In this document: piece after piece, positions 57,600 to 64,000 of the stretch
Numbering within the stretch: position 1 is the first letter of the stretch
Layout of the letters: each line of letters begins with the position of its first letter
From: an uncultured bacterium
Lineage (GTDB): Bacteria > Fidelibacterota > UBA2242 > JAFGTP01
Assembly: GCA_964472715.1 (NCBI GenBank)
Contig: CAYYMT010000002.1
Coordinates: 2,602 to 66,601, forward strand
Length of the DNA: 64,000 nt
Reading direction: 5' to 3'
Notes under the pieces: model-generated
Told to the model about the DNA's origin: nothing
What the model saw: the letters and a program-made list of their open reading frames with translations, nothing else
Databases searched by the model: none
Program-made: the position numbers and the translations under genes

Positions 57600-60182
57600 T
57601 TATTTCATTAATAACATTTTTTTGGTGCTGACAAAATCCCCGGCCTGTAATCTGTAAATATACATACCGGAAGCAAAATTTGCCGCATCCCACCGGACAT
57701 TATAGACGCCGGCTTTTTGGTTTTTATTAACCAACTGGGCGACTTTTTGTCCGAGTACATTGTAAACACTGATCTTAACCAAGTCAGCTTTTGCAATGGA
57801 GTAATTGATGGTTGTGGTGGGGTTGAACGGATTTGGATAATTCTGTTCCAGGCTGAATTCCGTTGCAAAGGATTCATCAACATCATCATCCACACCAACA
57901 TATCCGTATTGATCACCGATGAAGGTGTAGGTCCATTCTGTCGGTGTCTGCCATGCGGCATCTGTATTGTTAGGCGACCATCCAAGGGCTGATTCATGGG
58001 TTGTTGTGCCATCATCATTGTCATGAACATATATTTCAATCGGGATTTTCATACCGTTTTTCGGATAGAACCGGGCTTCATCATCGGTTTTGATGCTGTC
58101 CAATGATATTTTGGCTTCGAAAACATAGTCCGGATCAAAACCTTCGAAATAGTAATTTTCATGATCCAGATCCATGGAATATCCTGAAGTCACTTCATCA
58201 GTAAATCCATTGGCTCTGATTTGAAATTTGTGGTCCGGCTCATTGCCTTTTTGATAATTCTGATGGGCGCCGCCGGTTTGATTGTATAGTCCGATAAAGA
58301 AGTCAATCGCGTCATTGGTCCACCAGTCCTGATTGTCGGAATGATAGAAAACATCATCAATAACATCGCCGGCAATATAGAGATAGTCATCATCAATCGC
58401 CAGGTATACGGAGGCTTTGAGGTCTGTACTGTCAGCCATTGAACCAACTACTACATAATCGGTTTCCGGTTTCAGTACAATCGGCTCAATCCCTGCATCC
58501 CACCATTCGTCCAGATAACCATCGGCTTCAAAATCAGGCACATTCAGAGAAATGGTCGGCACACCTTTAGCCATACCGGTTACCATTCCGGAAAATCCGG
58601 CTTCACCTTCATTGCCCGCGGCGTCACGGCAAACTACAGCATAGTAGAAATCAACCTGTCCGTCAACCAGGGGATATTTCAGATGGTGAGCAACCGCCTG
58701 GGTACCTTCCAGAACACCTGAGGCCAATTTTTCAACCATCGGGCCGGTGACAGAGTCAATGGGTTCTGAAGATGCATAAACATCATAAACTTCACCATCT
58801 TCACCTTCCACATCCTGCCACATCACCAGGTTATAGTACTGTGACGGATAAGGTGTGGCGCTGACACCGGAAGGCGCTTCCGGCGGGAACAGGTCAAATA
58901 CGGGATTTCCGATCACGATATCATCCAGATAAACGACTTCTCCCAAAGCTGCTGTTGAACCCATTAAGATTTTCAGATCTTTCAATCTTGACGTATCCAT
59001 CAGGGCATCATAAACCATGGTTTCGCCATTCCAGGCACCACCATTTCTGTCAAAATCACTCAACGGAATTTCAACTTCTTTCCAGGTGCCGTCATAGCCG
59101 ACTTCTTCTTCTTTTAACATATAAAAGGCTTCATAACCCAGGTCAGGGCCGTCGCCATCCATATCATCATCAGCCAGCACAATTTTCAAAGAATCCAGTC
59201 CGGCGTCTGCTTTAATTTTAAATTTTAAGGACTCGGTTAACCAACTCATCATAGTGTTCGCCGGATTGTCCAGTGTAAACACCAGACCATCCCAGAGCGC
59301 CCAGTCATTGGGTGGTAAATTCCATTTAATGGATGATGTGCCACCTTCCGGATAAGCGTCTTCTTCTTCGGTAATTTCATAGGAACCACCGCCCCAGCCG
59401 CCGTATAGAGATACATTGGCAGGAAGCGCCCGCCCATTAAAGAATGTTACATCAACAGCATTCGCACCGGTCAATGCCAAACGGTCCAATAAAATAACAC
59501 CATGAGCACGGTCACCTTCACCGGCACCGGAAATGGAAAGTTCGATATCCACAGACTTAATGTGTTCCTTGTCAATAACAGCGTTATTAACAACACCGGC
59601 CCATCCGGTTAAATTAAAGGCCGAACCATCCCAGGCATAAGTGTTTTCAATGGCAATTTTTTTCTCATTCCAACCCGGTTCCATATCTACCAGGCCGTCA
59701 GTGAGAGAATAGTAGTATTCCGCATTGATATTGCTGCTGGCAGTATCGCCCGCCGGGGCCTCTGCCACATCTGTCAGGTTAACTCTAAAATTGATACGGC
59801 CGCTTTTTGAACATGCCTCATCCACATAATACCAGAGAGATAATGTGTCATAGCCGGTAAAATCAAAGGATTTTGTGGAATCTGCTAAACTAAAACCTAA
59901 TTTCTGGTAACCACCCCAACTTTCGGCATTATGAACACTGTATTCCCAGCGCAGGGCTTTTGTTCCTTCATGAACAGGGTCTTCTACCCAGGTCAGACGG
60001 GAATATCCGGAATCCGGATCACTGTTTTCATTGCGTTCATAATACAACTGTGTTTCATTATAACCGGACATGGTAGTATCCAATTCTTCATCAAAACTTT
60101 GCAGCATCCTGTCAAAATCCCCTGCAAAGGCAACACTGGCAACGAGCACAAGTGTCAGTAACAATAACATTTTACTTTTCAT
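57600..60182 (-). CDS. Secreted T9SS cargo protein with carbohydrate-binding-like beta-sandwich domains, function unknown
   Basis: 860 aa with a signal peptide (MKSKMLLLLTLVLVASVAFA), several beta-sandwich/CBM-like segments, and a C-terminal T9SS domain (NYPNPFNPTTTINYSI...GMYIYRLQAGDF). Confidence 0.7.
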   Translation of the reverse strand: MKSKMLLLLTLVLVASVAFAGDFDRMLQSFDEELDTTMSGYNETQLYYERNENSDPDSGYSRLTWVEDPVHEGTKALRWEYSVHNAESWGGYQKLGFSLADSTKSFDFTGYDTLSLWYYVDEACSKSGRINFRVNLTDVAEAPAGDTASSNINAEYYYSLTDGLVDMEPGWNEKKIAIENTYAWDGSAFNLTGWAGVVNNAVIDKEHIKSVDIELSISGAGEGDRAHGVILLDRLALTGANAVDVTFFNGRALPANVSLYGGWGGGSYEITEEEDAYPEGGTSSIKWNLPPNDWALWDGLVFTLDNPANTMMSWLTESLKFKIKADAGLDSLKIVLADDDMDGDGPDLGYEAFYMLKEEEVGYDGTWKEVEIPLSDFDRNGGAWNGETMVYDALMDTSRLKDLKILMGSTAALGEVVYLDDIVIGNPVFDLFPPEAPSGVSATPYPSQYYNLVMWQDVEGEDGEVYDVYASSEPIDSVTGPMVEKLASGVLEGTQAVAHHLKYPLVDGQVDFYYAVVCRDAAGNEGEAGFSGMVTGMAKGVPTISLNVPDFEADGYLDEWWDAGIEPIVLKPETDYVVVGSMADSTDLKASVYLAIDDDYLYIAGDVIDDVFYHSDNQDWWTNDAIDFFIGLYNQTGGAHQNYQKGNEPDHKFQIRANGFTDEVTSGYSMDLDHENYYFEGFDPDYVFEAKISLDSIKTDDEARFYPKNGMKIPIEIYVHDNDDGTTTHESALGWSPNNTDAAWQTPTEWTYTFIGDQYGYVGVDDDVDESFATEFSLEQNYPNPFNPTTTINYSIAKADLVKISVYNVLGQKVAQLVNKNQKAGVYNVRWDAANFASGMYIYRLQAGDFVSTKKMLLMK

Positions 60183-60437
60183 ACTTCCTCCTTCTGAAAA
60201 TTAGATTGTCTAAATATCAAGATCTCCTCTTGAATTTTGTTTTTTATTTTTTTGAAATTTTCTAACGATCAGGATCAATTCACCGATAATGCCTAAAATT
60301 AATATGACAATAAGAACATTTATTCCAATCATTAACATTCTCCAATTAGCAATTGACTATTTGTTCATATCAAACTCCAGACCAAACCTCTATTTGCGAG
60401 GACATCAGTAGGAAAAATATTTTTGTAGCAACCTCTT

Positions 60438-60476
60438 TTTATCATTTTGATAAATAATTTTTATCTTTTCGATAAA
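60438..60476. promoter_or_regulatory. Array of four alternating TTTATC/GATAAA half-sites (two 17-bp palindromes), a candidate enhancer or regulator binding site
   Basis: TTTATC(60438-43)-N5-GATAAA(60449-54)-N5-TTTATC(60460-65)-N5-GATAAA(60471-76). The array lies about 100-140 bp upstream of the candidate sigma-54 promoter. Confidence 0.4.
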
Positions 60477-60573
60477 AGTCAGGGTTAGTGATTTTTTTTA
60501 CTATCCTCTTTTGCATTTTTAAAACGGTATCTAATTTTTTGTAATAGCCAGTCTGTCTGATTTTGGATCTGTA

Positions 60574-60590
60574 GTGGTATATCCTTTGCT
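60574..60590 (+). promoter_or_regulatory. Candidate sigma-54 (-24/-12) promoter
   Basis: TGGTAT-ATCCT-TTGCT has the conserved GG (60576-77) and GC (60588-89) at the canonical 10-nt spacing and matches the TTGC -12 element. It sits next to a sigma-54-dependent enhancer-binding protein gene. Confidence 0.4.
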
Positions 60591-62130
60591 CTATAATTTT
60601 AATATCAAAAAGGAGACGAACATCAAATTTTTAAAAATATTACTGATCCAAATATTCCTTCTATTATTGGTTGCGGGCCCTCTTTTTTCCAACACCAGGA
60701 TCATGGTTCATTACATGCCCTGGTACCAGTCCCGGGAATACTCAGGCCGCTGGGGATGGCACTGGACCATGGACCATTTTAATCCGAACCAGATGAATGC
60801 TAAAGGAGAACGTGAAATCGCCTCCCATTACTACCCCCTCACCGGCCCCTATGATTCACGGGATGATAATCTGTTGGAATACCAGGTTTTACTGATGAAG
60901 CTGAGTGGCGTCGATGGCGTGATTGTGGATTGGTACGGGATCAAAGATTATAATGATTACCTGGTTCTCCATGAAAGTACTCAGGCTCTTATATACTGGA
61001 TTGAAGAAGCTGACATGGAATTTTCAATCTGTTATGAGGACCGCACAATCAAGGCAATGGTTGACGACGGGCATTTTACTGCCGCCCGGGCGCTGAACCA
61101 CGGGAAGGAAGTAATGAATTTTTTAGGTAATAATTGGTTCGGCAAGGACTTTTATACCAAACTGGACGGGCAACCAGTCTTGCTCAGCTGGGGCCCGGTT
61201 TATTTCAAAAGCAGTTCGGACTGGGAAACCATGTTCGCAGAGTTGGAGCCAAAACCACATTTATTCACCTATGAAAACAGATTGGCCCCAATTGCCATCG
61301 GCGCATATCCCTGGCCGCCCATGTGGAAATCCAAAAACGGAGTTTTAAGCCCCATTGACCTCAATCTTTACCTGACCTCCTTTTATCAAAATTCCCTGAA
61401 CTGGGACTACCTGGTTGCAACCGCTTTCCCTGGATTTCATGATATCTATGAAGAGGCGGGATTGCACAATTCCTATGGCTACCTGGATGCGGCTGACGGT
61501 GAAACCTTTCGCAACACCATTGCCACAGCCATGTCTTATGAACCGGAAATTTTACAGGTCGCAACCTGGAATGATTATGGCGAAGGTACGATTGTCGAAC
61601 CTACCAGGGAATTTGGATATCAATATCTTGATGAAATTCAAAATACGCGCAGGACCTATATTGACTCTACTTTCAACTATCAGCCGGAATTCCTGGAAAT
61701 GCCATTGAAAATATATGAATTGCGGCAGGAATACAGCAACAGTTCCGCTGTCCAGAATATGCTGGACGATGCCTTTTATCATATCGTAGACGGAAATATT
61801 CAGGATGCCCAGGATATTGTCAACAGTTTATATCCACAAAATATTGATGCCATTGATCAGCAGGCAACCTTCTATAAAATAGGAAATTTTTATCCAAACC
61901 CCTTTAATCCTGTGACTACCCTGAAATTACATTTATCGCGATCCATGCCGGTAAAAATCAATATCTATGATTTGCAGGGAAACCTGGTGGATACCTTAGC
62001 CAATCAGCGCTACCAGCAGGGAGACCATATTGTTCAATGGGATGCTGAGAGTTTCACCAGCGGGGTTTACTTTGTAAAGATTTTTAGTGAAGAATTTACC
62101 GCAAGCCGTAAAATTGTGCTCATGAAATAA
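60574..62130 (+). CDS. Secreted GH99/GH71-like (beta/alpha)8 glycoside hydrolase with a T9SS C-terminal sorting domain
   Basis: The N-terminal catalytic region (HYMPWY...GRWGWHW...HYYPLTGPYDSRD...SGVDGVIVDWYG) resembles endo-alpha-mannosidase/mutanase-type hydrolases. The C-terminal Por domain reads FYPNPFNPVTTLKL...GVYFVKIF. The annotated GTG start at 60574 overlaps the candidate promoter, so the real start is probably downstream, possibly a non-AUG start at 60622. Confidence 0.6.
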   Translation: MVYPLLYNFNIKKETNIKFLKILLIQIFLLLLVAGPLFSNTRIMVHYMPWYQSREYSGRWGWHWTMDHFNPNQMNAKGEREIASHYYPLTGPYDSRDDNLLEYQVLLMKLSGVDGVIVDWYGIKDYNDYLVLHESTQALIYWIEEADMEFSICYEDRTIKAMVDDGHFTAARALNHGKEVMNFLGNNWFGKDFYTKLDGQPVLLSWGPVYFKSSSDWETMFAELEPKPHLFTYENRLAPIAIGAYPWPPMWKSKNGVLSPIDLNLYLTSFYQNSLNWDYLVATAFPGFHDIYEEAGLHNSYGYLDAADGETFRNTIATAMSYEPEILQVATWNDYGEGTIVEPTREFGYQYLDEIQNTRRTYIDSTFNYQPEFLEMPLKIYELRQEYSNSSAVQNMLDDAFYHIVDGNIQDAQDIVNSLYPQNIDAIDQQATFYKIGNFYPNPFNPVTTLKLHLSRSMPVKINIYDLQGNLVDTLANQRYQQGDHIVQWDAESFTSGVYFVKIFSEEFTASRKIVLMK

Positions 62131-62135
62131 GGTGT

Positions 62136-63584
62136 CTATTTCAGCCCCAGTTCTTTACACGTCCGGTAGAAATTCGACGGCGCCATACCTAGTTTACCGG
62201 CGGCTTCCGTGTCGGTGTTACTTTTTTTGCGAACAAATTCGATATAATTCCGGCGCAGTTCTTTCTCCATTTCACGCAGAGGAAGAATATTATCGTCATT
62301 AAAATTAAAGCAACGTATACTTTCACTCTTTTTGGTCAATGACGCAGTGAGGGCTTCATCGATAATATCCTCATCAATGGCATCGTCAGCAATCAACAAC
62401 ATCCGCTGGACGACATTTTGTAATTCCCGAATATTTCCCGGCCAGTCATAGGCTTTTAATTTTTCCATCAGTTTCGGTTCAATGATCGGGGCAATAATTC
62501 CCATCTTATTTGAAAAATATTTGATATAATGATTAATGAGCAAAGGAATATCTTCCCTATATTCAGCCAGGGGCGCGACATCGATCTGCAGGACATTCAG
62601 GCGATAGTAGAGGTCTTCGCGAAATTTGCCTTCCTGCACCATGGCTTTCAAATCCTTATTGGTGGCGGCAATGACGCGTACATCGACATTATGCTTTTTC
62701 TTGCGGCCGATCTTATCGATCTCCCCTTCCTGGAGAACCCGCAACAGTTTGGCCTGGGCATTCATGGGAAAATCACCGATTTCATCGAGAAAAATCGTCC
62801 CTTTATCCGCCTGTTCAAAATAACCTTCCCGCTTCTCACCGGCGCCGGTAAAAGAACCTTTCTCAAATCCAAACAATTCCGATTCGATCAATTCCCCCGG
62901 GATCGAGGCGCAATTCAGGGTAATGAATTTTTCATATTTCCGCTTGCTGTGATAGTGAATATTGGCGGCGATCAATTCTTTTCCCGTGCCGGACTGTCCG
63001 TAGATCATGATATTGGCGTCAGTATTACTGTATTTGCGGATTCTGGATTTCAGTTTATGAATGGTTTCTGACTCACCGATAATCTGTTTCTTAGCCAGAA
63101 TATCCTGGATATTGCTGTCCAGTTTTTTATCGGAACGCTGTTTTTCGATGGCCAGCTGTTTTTTGTGGTAGGCATTGACCACACTGAGGATAAAGTCCGT
63201 GGGCTGATAGATCAGATCCTCAATGTCCGCCGGATATTTGGTGCAGAACCAGTAGGCGCCGGCTTTTAACAGACTGTCGGCGAAATCAAAATTGGTCTGT
63301 TGAATGGTCATCTTGGTGATCACGATCAGCTGGATAACCGGCTCAACTTTTTTAAACTCCTGTATCAATCGCTCGCCCATCAGGCCGCCGGCGATTTGAT
63401 AATCCATAATGATGACATCATATCCGGCAGGGTCTTTTTCAAATTCCCGAACAGCTTTCCGGCCATTGGAAAAGTTGGATTTTATATTCAGATTATATTT
63501 TGAAAGTTTTAGCGTATTTTTGACACGCCGCGCGTCAAATTCCTCATCTTCGATCAGCATTATATTGATTTGATTTTTTACCAA
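62136..63584 (-). CDS. Sigma-54-dependent response regulator (NtrC-family enhancer-binding protein)
   Basis: 482 aa with an N-terminal REC, a central AAA+ sigma-54 interaction domain (GQSGTGKELIA, GAFTGA-like GSFTGA, ESELFGFEKG) and a C-terminal HTH. Confidence 0.9.
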   Translation of the reverse strand: MVKNQINIMLIEDEEFDARRVKNTLKLSKYNLNIKSNFSNGRKAVREFEKDPAGYDVIIMDYQIAGGLMGERLIQEFKKVEPVIQLIVITKMTIQQTNFDFADSLLKAGAYWFCTKYPADIEDLIYQPTDFILSVVNAYHKKQLAIEKQRSDKKLDSNIQDILAKKQIIGESETIHKLKSRIRKYSNTDANIMIYGQSGTGKELIAANIHYHSKRKYEKFITLNCASIPGELIESELFGFEKGSFTGAGEKREGYFEQADKGTIFLDEIGDFPMNAQAKLLRVLQEGEIDKIGRKKKHNVDVRVIAATNKDLKAMVQEGKFREDLYYRLNVLQIDVAPLAEYREDIPLLINHYIKYFSNKMGIIAPIIEPKLMEKLKAYDWPGNIRELQNVVQRMLLIADDAIDEDIIDEALTASLTKKSESIRCFNFNDDNILPLREMEKELRRNYIEFVRKKSNTDTEAAGKLGMAPSNFYRTCKELGLK

Positions 63585-63593
63585 AAGTGCTCC

Positions 63594-64000
63594 TTACATG
63601 TTGGGGATTGTTATTTTGATAATAGCGCCACCGGAGTCCCGGTTGTCAGCGTATAATTCCCATCCGCATTTGCGTTTTGCGATCTCACTGGCGATATAGC
63701 AGCCATAGCCGGAATTTACCTTATCCTCTTTGCTGGTAAAATGCTCCTTGAATATTTTCTGAACACCGTCATCATCCCGCTTCAGCAATTCCGGCAGAAT
63801 TCCCTGCCCGTCATCCATAATGAAGATTTGGCCTCTTCGACGCTTTTTATCATACCGCGTTCTTATTGTAACGACAATGTCACTCTCATTGTGCTCGATA
63901 CAATTCTGGATCAGGGGTTCCAGCACTTCCCAGATGACATATTCATTGATGGAGACATTTTTCAAATTTTCATCCAGATCCATTTCAAACTGATATCCCG
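63594..64000 (-). CDS. Sensor histidine kinase, C-terminal HATPase part only; the gene runs off the window edge
   Basis: HATPase_c N/G boxes (IMDDGQGI...GYGCYIASEIA). The ORF is open to the window end and sits directly upstream of the sigma-54 regulator. Confidence 0.75.
   Translation of the reverse strand, partial: GYQFEMDLDENLKNVSINEYVIWEVLEPLIQNCIEHNESDIVVTIRTRYDKKRRRGQIFIMDDGQGILPELLKRDDDGVQKIFKEHFTSKEDKVNSGYGCYIASEIAKRKCGWELYADNRDSGGAIIKITIPNM

Noticed and set aside
60183-60420. A sigma-54 promoter for the minus-strand cargo/TonB operon in the divergent intergenic region
   Set aside because: I scanned the reverse complement for GG-N10-GC with TTGC context and found no acceptable match. 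That operon may use a sigma-70 or Bacteroidota-type promoter instead, and I made no call.

Overview
This 64-kb window is from a low-GC (about 40%) bacterial chromosome. Several secreted proteins end in type IX secretion (T9SS/Por) C-terminal sorting domains, which points to an FCB-group-like lineage (Bacteroidota, Ignavibacteriota, Calditrichota or related candidate phyla). The first 22 kb is a long minus-strand run of conserved housekeeping genes: two LolC/E permeases, lysS, prfB with its programmed +1 frameshift, lrp, cdaA, folP, ftsH, hpt and tilS. After these come an orphan MotAB stator with REC and HD-GYP-variant signalling genes, and then a ROK-regulated sugar-salvage operon. The central part looks accessory. 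It holds nagA, a spermidine-synthase-like domain between two membrane domains, a His-rich thioredoxin lipoprotein, a HIT-like protein, two adjacent tRNA-Ser genes, an AmgK/MurU-like anomeric kinase pair in which the kinase is fused to a RapZ C-terminal-like domain, and a two-component pair whose output is a PEP-utilizer ATP-grasp domain (PPDK_N). It also holds mutM, an AAA/DUF4143 ATPase with tandem palindromic operator-like repeats, a TetR/ABC-2 exporter, a thioredoxin-reductase-like/protein-disulfide-oxidoreductase-like pair, and lepB. The last 16 kb is a glycan-utilization locus: a GH16 enzyme, a GH99/GH71-like enzyme, two large T9SS cargo proteins of unknown function, a TonB-dependent receptor and an outer-membrane beta-barrel. 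Next to it sits a sigma-54 enhancer-binding response regulator and a histidine kinase (partial at the window edge), with a candidate sigma-54 promoter and an upstream half-site array in front of the GH99-like gene. A palindrome-bearing tandem-repeat element flanks a roughly 350-bp structured non-coding region near 47.7-48.2 kb. No CRISPR array, IS element or integrase was seen. All protein calls come from motif and architecture recognition by eye; no database searches were run.
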